A model generated the notes under the pieces. That model searched no databases. It was given only the letters and a program-made list of their open reading frames with translations, and was not told the DNA's origin. The translations under genes were made by a program, and so were the position numbers. A DNA stretch of 61,827 nucleotides, filler included, from Asterionella formosa (taxonomy: Eukaryota): the NCBI GenBank assembly GCA_002256025.1. It is 27 parts of 27 records of this genome, joined end to end, with 100 filler letters (N's around TTAATTAATTAA, not from the genome) between each part and the next. Parts side by side here need not be neighbours in the genome. Positions count along the whole stretch, not along the records: positions 1 to 2,202 come from NKIB01000239.1; positions 2,303 to 4,504 come from NKIB01000240.1; positions 4,605 to 6,806 come from NKIB01000242.1; positions 6,907 to 9,108 come from NKIB01000243.1; positions 9,209 to 11,410 come from NKIB01000244.1; positions 11,511 to 13,711 come from NKIB01000245.1; 21 more parts are not named here. One strand, 5' to 3'. Shown piece after piece: positions 1 through 12,690 of the stretch (its first letter is position 1; each line of letters starts with the position of its first letter).

Positions 1-182
1 AAAACAATTGTGACGAAAAAGCGCAGAACAGATCAAGAGCGAGATTTCATAGGAATTAAAAAAACAGGGCATATATGATGCACTGCTCCTTGTGTAGACT
101 AGCTATATTTGATCATTTCCATATTTCGTACTATACAGGTGCATGGATGACTCCTCCCGCCCTTTCATTAGATATGCAGCCA
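1..182 (-). repeat. Dispersed repeat, reverse complement of ~39928-40115
   Basis: GGATGACTCCTCCCGCCCTTTCATTAGATATGCAGCCAT here matches ATGGCTGCATATCTAATGAAAGGGCGGGAGGAGTCATCC at 39928, with further colinear matches. Confidence 0.9.
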
Positions 183-789
183 TGTTACAATAATTCTACA
201 GGACCTATAGGATTGGTAGTCTGGTGGTCATTTTTTCCGCATTGTATATATCAGTAGGAGTGACCATGTATGCATGCATGCTGCGATAATTCTTACAAGA
301 CATAAAATTTGGTAGCTTAGGGCTTATCACTTCCATACTGTAGTATACAGGGGGGGAAGGAGTTGCATGCATGAGCAACTACTCCGATATAAACAATAAT
401 CTTTAATCAATAAATTTGGATATATGAATTTTGGTCAATATGTCTATATACATAAATGTATGGCTGATTTCGACCATTTGAAAAATTGGCGATGACTCGC
501 CTCCCGCTTATTAAGGGGCTTAATTAAATCAGCCTCTGACTTGTAGGTACAAGAATTGACACAAAAAAATTGAAAAAACTCAACAGGTCATGGAAAACTA
601 TGAACTCATCATACATTGTATATATTTGAATCATGTACAATCAAAGTTGATATTAGTTTTCACAGGTAGGATTTGCCGTTTAAATGAGCTTGTTCAAAAC
701 TATGCAAATGTTCAACTATGTATACATTTAAACTTCTTACAAATCTTTATAAATATATGTATTGCTTCATGGCTGAAACATTTGAAATT

Positions 790-1135
790 ATGTTTTCATG
801 TTCCTTGTCATGCATTCACTTTGCTCCTGAAATGAAGGATTATCACACATGATGACGCGGAAAACGAAAGTGATAATACAGCACAATGATAATTGCGGCT
901 TAGAAGAGAATGCGGAATCAATTGATAGTAAATCAAGAGCAAATGCCTTTCATGTTCCTTGTCATGCATCCACTTCCTGAAATGAAGGATCTCAAGCAAC
1001 AAATGATGCGAAAAACTGAAGTGACAAAACAGCGCGATGATACACCATGCGGCTGAGAATGAGTGAATATGATGGAGAAGAGCGGAATCAACAAGCTGTG
1101 CATAGCATCACGGTTTGTCAAGAGCAAATGCCAGG
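790..1135. repeat. Degenerate tandem duplication (units of ~155-185 nt)
   Basis: TTTCATGTTCCTTGTCATGCAT..CCTGAAATGAAGGAT at ~794 and ~948; GCGGAATCAA and TCAAGAGCAAATGCC each occur twice. Confidence 0.75.
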
Positions 1136-2202
1136 ATGATCAATTGCTGGGATTACAAATACGGAATAACTCGTCCCCTTTCAGTGATTCAATAGCTCCT
1201 TTTCGATTTGGTGGCTGGCCAATCATCAATGTGGACAAAAGAAATCGGAAAGTGCTATCAGCCATCATCTTTGGATCAAGCCACAACTGTTAGAAAAACT
1301 GACACATATGTGTTGCTTCTTTCAGGATAATGGTAGACAAACAGTATTTGTAAGTTACAAAGAGCAGTGTTGGAGCCCATTTATTGATCGATACTTTGCT
1401 TCCCATTCAATCTTCAACTGACACATTATTTTACAGGAATATGCATCAGTTACTTCCTCAATTTGTGGTAAGTGATGATAGAAGCGAAATGCATGTTGTT
1501 GTGTAAGCAAAACATGAACAGCTAACAATGAATTGCTTCTCTTTGTTATTATGGCTGATTGGAACAACGAAACGGATTCAATAGTAATAGGAAAAGGCGT
1601 GAATGCAAACTCAGATCCGTCAGGAGTAAATGGAACAATGCAGGGGAACAACGGCAAGGCAACCAGTACAACAACCTTCAGAATTGGATTGGGGGGGGAT
1701 TTTCGAAGGATCTTGGACTTGGATATTAGGAGAATTCATTGGAGCATCTTATATTTTATTTTTCACTTCTGAATCTTTATCTCAAGCAGCCACTGAAACA
1801 AATTAAGGCCCACTTCTGTAATGGATGGTTACCAGAAAAACACGAATGATGACTACCCCAAACTGGTAGATAATATAGCCTGCTCTTAAGAACCCTATTC
1901 ATTTGTTTGCTCTTTCCATGAAACATCACCATATTAGTATGGAAGTGCATGGATGGCCTTCTTAAAAAATTTCATTGACATTGTTGCTATTACTTACTGT
2001 TGTGATAAATACTATTCAAACAAATATTTCAGGGGAAGTAGAAGACCATGTTGCCACAGCTGCTATGCAAGAGGCTTGTTCATAGAGTACTACTAGTAGT
2101 GTGTTACCCAACCACAAAAGGAAACAGCATGCAGTGATCAGAAGTAAGTTTTTCGACTACTGCAGTCACAAATAATCCCCTGCAACACTGGCCTAGGAAT
2201 AA

Positions 2203-2302
2203 NNNNNNNNNNNNNNNNNNNNNNNNNNNNNNNNNNNNNNNNNNNNTTAATTAATTAANNNNNNNNNNNNNNNNNNNNNNNNNNNNNNNNNNNNNNNNNN
2301 NN
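2203..2302. other. Artificial contig spacer N44-TTAATTAATTAA-N44 (first of 26, recurring every ~2.3 kb up to 59541-59640)
   Basis: Identical 100-nt spacers with six-frame stops; contig lengths fall from 2202 to about 2184 nt. Confidence 0.99.
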
Positions 2303-4080
2303 TTAGGAAGTTCAGAGTCACTATCCACTTCAATGCCTAGTAGCTAACTCCGGTTACAGCATATAAAGGTGAGGAGAGGCAACATTGCACAAACCAATCA
2401 AGTTTGTGATCGGAGAATCACAAGAATATAATCGATTGAGAATCTCTTTTATTCAACGTGCAGAGAATACAATTACGAATTATAAAATCAAACATAAATT
2501 TTCACTGCAAATTTTTCTGGTTTTGAAAATAGCAGAGGGTTCGATTTGGAAAGCAAAGCTCGTTGTGTTGATACTGTCGCCGCAGTTGATGACTCTTCAT
2601 GACCACGTAAATGATGAGGTTTTAACTGAGCGAAGATCTTTGTAATGTTTAAGGTGAGTGGTCACTAGATAAAACCCTCTATTCAGCAACTGAATGGTAT
2701 TTTCCCCTAATTTGTCAAATATTTTGCTTGCTCCACACGATTAGAAAGTTCATGATATGCTGCCTCTTTCATCTATCTGTCAAGCTGCTGCTTGGAGGTT
2801 TTTTAATCATGGTATCAACTGGAGGAACATTTCTGGTATCGAGAACTGAAGAAAAATCGGCCTCATCACTATCAGTATTGATGGGATTTTAGCACACCTT
2901 CTGCGGTGGCGGGTTAGATTACTGCATTCTCCACCTGTCTTTTTCATGTAGTCCATAGGATTTTGGGGGGTGCGGCTGACTAACAGACAGTTCCCATTGT
3001 ACCGTACAGACGAATATTATTTGGGTCCAACTGCAATTATTGGATAGCTTTTACTTACTATAAAAGTTGATTGACATTCTTGTGAGGCAGATGGCGTATC
3101 TTTGGACGATGGCTGGGGTAGTAGATCTCTGGGGGTAATAACACGGAACAGAATATGCCTTTTTTCACTTGATCCTGGTGTATTAGCACTTGATGAGGGG
3201 TACTGAGTAGTTCCATCATGACCTAGCTTGCTGTTATTCTTTTGGAGGTGGAGACCTTGTTCTGGACCTTACTATTATTGATATTAACAATTTCAGAACT
3301 CTTGTTTCTTTAAAGTTTACTGAAAATCCTCTTTGGTGGTATTGTAGATGAATGATGTCAACAAATACAATGATCTCAAAAATAAAATGTCACCACAATT
3401 GAATCCTTAGCAACTAAAAGGTTTTACACTGTTGATGCATGGGAAATCTCTTCTAATCAAAACCTCCGTTAACTTAGAAATTGTCATACCGGGCGATGCA
3501 TTCACGCTGCAAGGAACCAGTTTTCGTACATCGGCTATCTGACTTACTCACACTAGCTTCTGAAAAGAAAGTCCGATCTGTTCTTAATAAATATCATTGG
3601 ATACTTTAATTTTCTACGTTTGGCAACAAGGCATATTAATAGTATGATATACACTGTCATTTATATCAAACCTAAAATATCAAAATATAACTTAGGTAGT
3701 AGAAATAAGAAAATTAATATCAAAAATTCGATCAAATGTTCCTAAATGTGTCATATTCAGTTTTCCAGCACTGAAGTATAACTTTTCTAATTACTTAGGA
3801 TACTGTAGGCAGTGAAGATTTTGCGAGTCCGCCTGTATATATATGGTCAAATCACCATATGATTTATAAATATGAACAGTGCATTATGACTCCCGCCGAT
3901 TATGGGGTTTACATAATGCGCAAAAATTGATACAAACTAATTTCAAAAACAGGTTATGAAGTTGTGAAAAAATGAACTTGTCATGCATTGTATATTTTAG
4001 AATAGCGACTCGAGATGTAAAAACATGGAAATCATTTCTACATATCATGCATATGAGGTCAATTACAATCCATTTCGACC

Positions 4081-4504
4081 TACATCTAAGCCTCGAAATA
4101 CGCCACTTTTCGAAATTTCGTCTACGTATGAGTGTTAATTATGTGGTACTTCACATGCATTAATGCCACTCTTCACGTAAAAAAGATTACTTTTAACGGT
4201 TTCATGTGAAGTTTTAACTGCTTCATGTGAAGTTTTCACAATGAATTTTGAACGCGAGACTGAATTAGTTGATGTTTCAAATAATTCATTTGACTTTTCG
4301 AAATTTCGTCTACGTACGAGTGTTAATTATGTGGTACTTCACATGCATTAATGCCACTCTTCACGTAAAAAGGTTACTTTTAGCGGTTTCATGTGAAGTT
4401 TTAACTGTTTCATGTGAAGTTTTCACAATGAATTTTGAACGCGAGACTGAATTAGTTGATGTTTCAAATAATTCATTTGAAAGTTCAACTAAGATCCTGC
4501 TCTT
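4081..4504 (+). repeat. 188-nt tandem repeat family (about 2 units here; other copies at 20288-20523 on + and 43640-43928 on -)
   Basis: ACTTTTCGAAATTTCGTCTACGTA at 4105 and 4293; internal TTCATGTGAAGTTTT doublet; same sequence in two other contigs. Confidence 0.95.
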
Positions 4505-4604
4505 NNNNNNNNNNNNNNNNNNNNNNNNNNNNNNNNNNNNNNNNNNNNTTAATTAATTAANNNNNNNNNNNNNNNNNNNNNNNNNNNNNNNNNNNNNNNN
4601 NNNN

Positions 4605-6754
4605 TTTCCGAATGGATCCATCATCAATTCACGAATGCGTTCAGAATCACTTAGCTCCGACAAATACATTTCTTTCACTTTATCCGTGCAGCGTTCGAGA
4701 CACTTTTCCATAACATTGGAGCTAAACTTCTGGATAGCTAGCAAACAGACTTTTCCCGCAACACTCTCGCACACAGCATGGACGTCGTCGTCGCCACAAA
4801 CGTCGAGAACATATTGAACTACATAGTTTCCGTACGCATCTTGCATAAGTTCAAGAGATTTTTCAACAATGCGACGTACTAGGTGAGATCTAGCCTCGGT
4901 GACAGGCGAGTCTAGGCATCGTTGAATGACACAGCATCCATGGCGATGACGTGCCACGTCGCCGACACTGGCTGCAACAGCATCGAAGACAAACTTGGAA
5001 TGGCGATGACCAAGTTTTAACAAAATACGCTGGATGACGTGGTTACCGTGGCTGTCAATACAGAGACGGGCTGCGGCAGGTGCAAGGGCGCGGGTCAAAA
5101 TTTCGGATGCATTTCCCTCCGATGGATCCAACGCGTCAGGGTATTGGATTTCGTCAGTGGCACAAAGCTCAACGACTTTTTGAACACTCCTTGTTCCGTG
5201 GAGGTTCAAACTGGCATTGACGAGACGAGCACTGACGCTCTTGATCAGCATTATGCGCTCCTCCGCCGTAATCTTCTCCAAAATCTTCTGGAAGAGGTAG
5301 TTTCCAAAAGGATCAACCATCGCTTCGCCCCAGAAAGCGATTCCTTCGTTAAGGATAAGCGTAGAGGCCATTGTTCCTTCTTCATCAAGGGCTTGCTGCA
5401 GTAGACGACATCCAACCTGATCGCGGGAAAGACGACGAACATGCCCAAGTAGAGCGTCGAGAGGAGGGCGCTGTGGCGCTGCGTACAACGAAGCAATAGC
5501 ATCTGCACCATTAACACTCGAAAGAGTAGGCGACGAATGGCCACCTGACGTACCGGCGCCCATGTGCATTGGTGAGGCCAAATACTCATCGCGTCCGCCG
5601 TTATCAGCTGTATACTGGCCCACGGCACCACCGCTATTGGTATTGTCACCAGACTGATACTGCAAAGGAACGGCCCAATTCTGGCCCTTGATGTTCATGC
5701 CGAATTGTGGGGGTACTCCACGCGAACTTTGCTGCTGCATCGTGTTGGGTCCGACCATAATTGGCTGATGATTACCATCTTGATTAGCAGTAATGGCTCC
5801 CTGGGGAAGAATAAAGGAAGGAGTTGTCTGTCCTGGAATAGTCACCATCTGAATCGCTTGTAACATCTGACCCCTACCATCTGGAGTAGGGACTGCCATA
5901 TATAGAACCTGCGGAGTGGCTGTATTCTGCTGCTGAGGAGCACCGTGCTGGTGCTGGTACTGATTTATTGACAGTTGTTGTTCCATCCTGTGTTGCATTC
6001 CCATGTAATCCATACCCATGTGCGGCATTCCGTTCATCAGGACAGTGGGTCCGTATCCTTGAGTTCTCCGCTGCTGCTGGTGAGTGCCGCTGGAAATATC
6101 GTGGCTTTGGTATGCCTGTATTCTGCTGCTGCGTCCGTTGTCGGCGCTAGCTTGAAAAAGGGAGGGCGAATCCGCTCCGCTGGAAGCAGATGTTGCAGCA
6201 ACTGATCCTAAAGGTGACTCTGACTTCCTCGTGGGTCCACCGGCACTAATATGGTCATGTGATCTAGATCGTTGATTTCCAGCTACCCCATGCGTTAATC
6301 TCTGCAAGGCAAGAACCTCCTCCCCCAAGGTCTGAGAGGGACTCTGCGAAAGAAAGAGTTCAAGACTGGGTTTCCTTGCAGGTGTCGAAGGCTCGCGAAG
6401 GTCATTCATGTCGGTCCCAAACAAGAGGTTGTTTTGCGACATCACCCTCTGGCCGTCGCTGAACGTGGCGTGAGTAGGGTACTGCTGCTGTTGCTGGTGT
6501 CTGAGCATCACGTGATGCTCCTGGTTCAACTCAAGCTCAGTGCCCGATGGCGGAAGCACCGACGACCAGTTAAGCCCTTGATTGGCTTGGCTATCATACG
6601 GCTGCATGTAGGCCCCATTCAGGCTGACACCGGCCAAAGCATCACCGAGCGAGTTGATCCCATCACTGCCGTGGATGCTGTTACTTCCATAAGATTGACG
6701 ACCATCAGGGACTGGCGATCGATGTTGATTGCGTGGGGGTCCCGCCGACTCCAT
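4605..6754 (-). CDS. Pumilio/PUF RNA-binding protein (Puf4/Puf5/APUM7-like), 3'-truncated by the contig end
   Basis: Q/G/S-rich disordered N-terminus followed by PUF repeats DQVGCRLLQ, DPFGNYLFQ, NLHGTRSVQ, DSHGNHVIQ, HRHGCCVIQ, DAYGNYVVQ, QKFSSNVME, DPFG... Confidence 0.96.
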
Positions 6755-8140
6755 TTGAGTGACAGCGAGCTTCTCGTTCGTTCTATTGGAGTTCTTTCAG
6801 TACACGNNNNNNNNNNNNNNNNNNNNNNNNNNNNNNNNNNNNNNNNNNNNTTAATTAATTAANNNNNNNNNNNNNNNNNNNNNNNNNNNNNNNNNNNNNN
6901 NNNNNNATCAGCATAAAAATCTTCAATGCAGAATTCTGAATAGATGCTTTTGATTGTATCATTCATATTTCCTCTATCACTGATAACACAATATGTTCCA
7001 AGCGCCGCTTTGATGTCGTCTACTGATAAAATATATAGAATCCAATGAGTCGAGAATCAAAATTTATAATGATTAGAAACCAAGACATGCGACACTTATT
7101 GACAAATGAATTAAGATGCATACTTCTTGACAAGTGAGTTAGATGGTTACTTAATGAATATGCTCACTTATTGTAAAAGCAAGGAAGATTATATTGATGA
7201 GATCAAGGGAATTGTGAGATGTCTTGGTAAGGATTACATGAGTAATCAGGCAATTCCTGCTCCAGCTTTGATCTTGCCATTCGGGTACTTCAAAGTAATG
7301 TTTAGGCTCTAAGTTTATCTTTTTAAGGGCAATATGGGGCACATCGAATTTTTCGGCATTAAAATTGCCGATTTTAGCATGACAACCAGATTAACGGTAA
7401 AATGCATAGAGCCTGACACAAGTTGCAGTCCTTCCGCCCACAGTCCTCATTCCTCCCACCAAACAACCCTGATCATCATTCCATTCCAATCCATTCTCAT
7501 TGAGTATAATCGCCAGGCTGCTCCAGCACTATCCACTCCCTCTAGCTGAATATACGTAGCTTCTGATACAAACTCGTAGTAGAAATGTAGCAAAGCGCGG
7601 TAGTACAAGAAAAGCATTGCTTGGCGGGAATATTGACATCATGGTCAATGACTATTCAAATCAACAAATACGATCAAGAACGGCACAATACCACATCTTC
7701 AATGAGTAGTCATTGATAAATACATTGGTTCTTATGTAGATATATACAATCGAAAAAAACGACAGTGCGGAACGACAAACAACGACGGAAGCAATCAAAA
7801 CAAACCACGGAAGCAATCAAATTGGAAAGTCGATAAATACAATCTACAATCCACATTCAGTGTTTCACTGTTGTACTCACCGATCCGCTTCAACTAGCAT
7901 AACAAGCAACAGACGAGGGGATCAAAGAAAGATGAACATTGCCTATTGCAAGCCCGAATAGAGCAAAGGCAGGCAAGATAGAGTGAGAACTATAATTGTG
8001 ACGACGAAATCGGGCATACGGTACGTAAAATCAATGAATATGTGAACGATATAATTTAACATTCAGGTCTCGTAAAAATAATACCGAGTCTACAGAGATA
8101 ATATTACAACGTATTCAAAGTAAGCATTAAAGTATAGCTT

Positions 8141-9108
8141 AAGGTTCCTGCATTTGAACCCCTAGGCAAAAATTAAAAAATTGCTTAGGGTTGCCGAAAT
8201 TCCCTGGAACTAAGAACTTTTATGTGCTAATTTGAATATCAATGATTCCGTTTGAAAAATTCAAATGAGTGGAAATTTGCGCGTACGTATATAGATTCCA
8301 TTTCAAATGCATAAAATATGTAAAGATAGATTCTTCATCGCTGAGTGTTTTATATTGCTACTCTACCGATAGTATACCTACTCGTATCATAAATATGTTT
8401 CACATGCACGACCCGGCGGCTGCAAAATATATTTGAATCTGCAAACTATCGGTACTAAGGTACTGGTTAGCGTGCACTACCATTTACTATGACGAATGAT
8501 GATCAGTTACCTGGAACCGGTAGGTCTACCCGGCTCTCGGTATTCCTACTCCGTACGGATTCCGGTATACGGGTAAACCTACCCGGTACTCGATATTCCC
8601 ACTCCGTACGGATACCGGTATACGGGTAGGATCGGCCAACACCCAAGAAAATGCTTCATGTGTATCCAGTGTGGCCGGCGTGGGATTGCACGACCTCGCA
8701 AACCGTCCCAATCGAACGGATGTAAGGATAACCAATCAGAATATGATTATTACAGCGGGCAATTATATTGGAACTTTTTGTACACGAGATTTTACGACTG
8801 CAAATTTTAGCACAAGACTACCATTCCGATGATGACGTTTCGGCGATTAGTGATTCTGATTCCGACGTTTGGGTGACCGTTGAAAAGGCCGATATTGTCG
8901 AATTTTTGGACGACGATAGCTCAACGTTGGCAGGGTTTGAAGAAGAGTTAAGTACATAGGTAATCTTCATATAGCCCCAGAAGTTAACTTTCGGCGAGAA
9001 ACTGCAGAAAGGAACTTCGGTTTTTTTACTAGGCCAAATAAACGAGTTAGCCCGGTAAAATCCACTATTTTCAGCATAGTTAAAAAACCGAAGTTCCTTT
9101 CTGCAGTT
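8141..9108 (+). mobile_element. Non-coding derivative of a Mutator-like DNA transposon, sharing both end blocks with 43970-45230
   Basis: GGTTCCTGCATTT..GGCAAAAATTAAAA..TTGCTTAGGGTTGCC at 8143 and 43970; 8790-9108 is near-identical to 44900-45225; perfect 27-bp inverted repeat at 9000-9026/9082-9108. Confidence 0.65.
8526..8630. repeat. 53-nt tandem duplication, each unit bounded by TACCCG...CGGGTA
   Basis: CTACCCGG..ACTCCGTACGGAT.CCGGTATACGGGTA at 8526 and 8579. Confidence 0.85.
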
Positions 9109-10444
9109 NNNNNNNNNNNNNNNNNNNNNNNNNNNNNNNNNNNNNNNNNNNNTTAATTAATTAANNNNNNNNNNNNNNNNNNNNNNNNNNNNNNNNNNNN
9201 NNNNNNNNCGTATTCAATGAACTCATTTCGTTTCATAATGGGCATGATGGGCGATGATCGGCATGGTGAAAGGTGAATTGCTAGAGTCACTTTTCAGGCG
9301 ACAAACAAAAACGAGGTGAATACTATATATTTTTTTAATCAAATCTGCATAGTGTATAAAATGGATTTCTCCAAGTAGACCCCTTGCCAATTTCAGAAAT
9401 CCCAGGGCTGGAAAACCGAGGGGCGATTGGCGTAAGTTGTATTGCCAAAATGCTAACATAGGAAACATACAAAATATATTTTAATGATGGGCAATGTCGA
9501 ACCTATTGCAAATTTCGATTTGAAAGGAAATATACAACTATATTTTACATGATGGGCTATAGTAAGCTAAAATTGACATTACAATCAATGATTGGGAAGT
9601 AGGCAAGCAAATGGCGCGACGATAGCTGGTTTGTGAATTGCCTCAACAATACCCTTCTCGTTGGCTAGATGCCTTCTCGTTTACATTTGTACTTGCAGGC
9701 ATGAGACCACCTCGGCCGGGCATGTATTGCCTTTAGCAATATTCGAGCTTGTAAATGTGAAGTGCTCCATGAGATTGGCAATATGATTTTTACCAAGCAA
9801 TTGCCCCTCGGATGCTCATGCCGGATACATATTGCCAAAATATGCAAAAAGTCGGCTACGGGTACTTGAGAAATCCATTTTATAAATCTTAAAAAGATTT
9901 CTTAATAATATATGCAGTATTCACTTCATGCCAATTCTTTCTGAAGGTCCGTTTTCTCATTCCACACTTGCTTTTTGAAAAGAAAATGTGGTATGATTCT
10001 CTGATTTTTTGGGGCAAAAAATGTTAGTCAGCATAAATTTTGGTGATACCACCTTAAAACTGAGAGCCAATGTTTGATTACTCCATCTTTCGACTAAAAT
10101 TATCGACGTTTCTTAAATGACAAAATTCGAACCAAGTAGATATTTAATTGTAGACGACAAAGAACGGAGAGAGCTATCATGTAATCATTTTTCAAGTAGA
10201 ACAGTCACTTATGAAGATCAATACCCATTTATATCACCCACCATCTTGACTTGTAACGTTCTTGTTCAGTATTTTTTTTAATTCATACATAGCAAAGCTT
10301 TTCCCCCAAAACTGTCAGTTATTATACTCGATTGTTACCACAAATTTTTTTTTATTACTTTATGGATGCTAGGATAACTGGTACCATGAACTCTCTCCCC
10401 CAGGTACCGTATTCCCATGATCACGACACCAGTATATTTTAAAG

Positions 10445-10656
10445 AAAGGTTTTAATCTCTAGGATGATCGTAGTTGTTCCATATACTACTGTTGCCTACT
10501 AGATTACCGGTAGTTGATAGAAGTGAGAGAGATGGAGCAGAGAAATGAGCTTCTCTGATTGTGGGGAGAGCTTCTCTGACTGTGAGCTCATCCTGAACCC
10601 GTTGTCGAACAACTGTCCTTCGTCCGTTTTGTAACTTCTCCCAACACACTCCTGTG
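10445..10656 (-). mobile_element. Putative polypurine tract and 3' LTR of the copia remnant (LTR starts TGTTGG at 10646; far end uncertain)
   Basis: Minus strand reads CACAGGAGTG-TGTTGGGAG just after the end of pol, the usual copia PPT/LTR junction. Confidence 0.55.
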
Positions 10657-10699
10657 GTGTAGCCATTTGCCTGGCGCGGCACCAAACTGTTTCTGGCCC

Positions 10700-11310
10700 C
10701 CGCCCCGGGATCACTCCCATGATTTGGTCTCGGAATTTCCGAAATAGAGCGCCTTGAAGTGGTTTAGTCATAAAGTCTCCTGACATGTCCCCACTGGGAC
10801 ACACATCACCCTTTTTGACTCGGTTGCTAATGAAGAAATACCGAATATTGATATATTTTGTACGATTGCAGCTTTGAAGCCCTTCCATTCTTCTCCAGAA
10901 GAATAGCGCTTTTGTTGTCTTAGAATAAAAAGTTTGTCCTGAACCTGGTAACCTTGAGCTTCTATGAAATACCAGGTCCAACAGGTCGCCGGCATGAAGT
11001 CATCAGCACCCACAATTTCAGTTTCCGTAGAACTGCGCATGTTGAGCTTTTGCTTAGTGGAACTCACAATGGGGAATCCTCTTCCTAGAGAGAGTCCACC
11101 ACCAGAATGTCCTCGCATGTTAGGGTGGACCGGCCTAGCACGTTTGGTGGCAAACAAAGTCTTGGCCACCAAGTTGTGAAACTCCACAGCTTTGTTTGAT
11201 TAGAGCTTCTCACCGTCTTTGTCGATTCTGAAAAGATTTTCGGATGCGGCGCTTGTCTTAGTGCCACCTCCCTTGGGGTCTGTGTTGGCAAAAGCAGTCA
11301 GGATCTCGTT
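10700..11310 (-). pseudogene. Ty1/copia (CoDi-like) RT thumb/RNase H remnant with deletions and frameshifts
   Basis: FHNLVAKTLFATKRARP, HPNMRGHSGGGLSLGRG, STKQKLN.RSSTETEIVGADD, TKYINIRYFFI, DFMTKPLQGALFRKFRDQIMG spread over several frames. Confidence 0.92.
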
Positions 11311-12520
11311 GGAACCCAGCAAATTGCAGTAAATTTGTTGACACAAAGATATTGACATCACGGATATTCCTGCCCATCCACTGCTTAATAAATATGCTGG
11401 CTAGCTACTANNNNNNNNNNNNNNNNNNNNNNNNNNNNNNNNNNNNNNNNNNNNTTAATTAATTAANNNNNNNNNNNNNNNNNNNNNNNNNNNNNNNNNN
11501 NNNNNNNNNNATGGAAAGGAAAATTACGATCAGGATAACTCATGAGTGTGTCTGAAACTAACAATGCTTTCATTGATGCACAAGTTTGTTGATGTATGCA
11601 TAGGTAACCATACAAATGGTCTAGTTCCATTTCAATCCTGTTTTAAGATTTGAAGACCAAAATTTGAAGTCGGTTGGAGTTTATCGATATCCCAATGAGT
11701 CAGTTTCTTTAACAGACCATTTCATATAGAATGGTGCTGGAGGACTTCAGCCATAACAGCATATTTCCGTATCTGTATAGTTAGGAGCTTGAATGTTCCA
11801 TGTGTAAACATAATCCTTGATAGGTGTATCAAAATATAACAAACCATTGTGCAAATGTTCTGTGCGTATCATTATAGGAATGCATGACATGCAGAAAAAC
11901 ACTGATATATCCACCATACAGACAGGACATGGTATTTGTAAATTATCCGTCATAAATTAATCAGCTGGACAAATGAGCAAACTCGCAGAAGGTACTAAGA
12001 CCAGGTACTTCTGTTGCAAGATACAAGCTGACGGATTAAATTTTGGGAGCATCATGCTGAGTACTGGCAAAGGAAGAAAAGATGGGATCATACCTGCTAT
12101 GCATGGTATATATTAATTATAAATGTTCGATTTACAACGAAATGTCCTGAAGTGCAATCCATTCATAAGTTAAAGATCAGGACCCACCGCGATCAAATAA
12201 TATTCATCTTATGTCATGCATATACAACGCAGCCACCAATGCTTGGGTTGCTTATGACATGAGAATGAAATGCAATTAAGCTTATGCATTCATAGGCAAA
12301 GAAAGAATGAGACCGGAATCAGGTCTTGAGATGTGCATATGGAATGATATATTGAATCTACCTTTGCATTTTAAAAATATCCCGTGTTAAAATAGCGGTG
12401 ATATCCAACCTGTAATTATCCTGTAAATAAAAAAAATTTATTCAGGTAATGATTGACGTAAGACATATTCAATGTGCTGTCGCTCATAAATAAATATATA
12501 TATATATATATGTATATTAT

Positions 12521-12690
12521 TAAAATCATATCATTCTTGTTGCTATTGTCGCACATAATTCTGTTAAGGCGATATGTTCAGCATTCTGCTGGTTTTTTTA
12601 TTAGGCATAAAATCATAGCATTGTTGCTATTGTCGCACATAATTCTGTTAAGGCGATATGTTCAGCATTCTGCTGGTTTTTTATTAGGCA
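12521..12690. repeat. Tandem duplication of about 85 nt
   Basis: TTGTTGCTATTGTCGCACATAATTCTGTTAAGGCGATATGTTCAGCATTCTGCTGGTTTTTT twice. Confidence 0.95.

Noticed and set aside
4269..4504. Similar short ORFs here and at 20370 (VSCEVLTVSCE)
   Set aside because: Translations of the 188-nt non-coding repeat; not CRISPR because there are no unique spacers or cas genes
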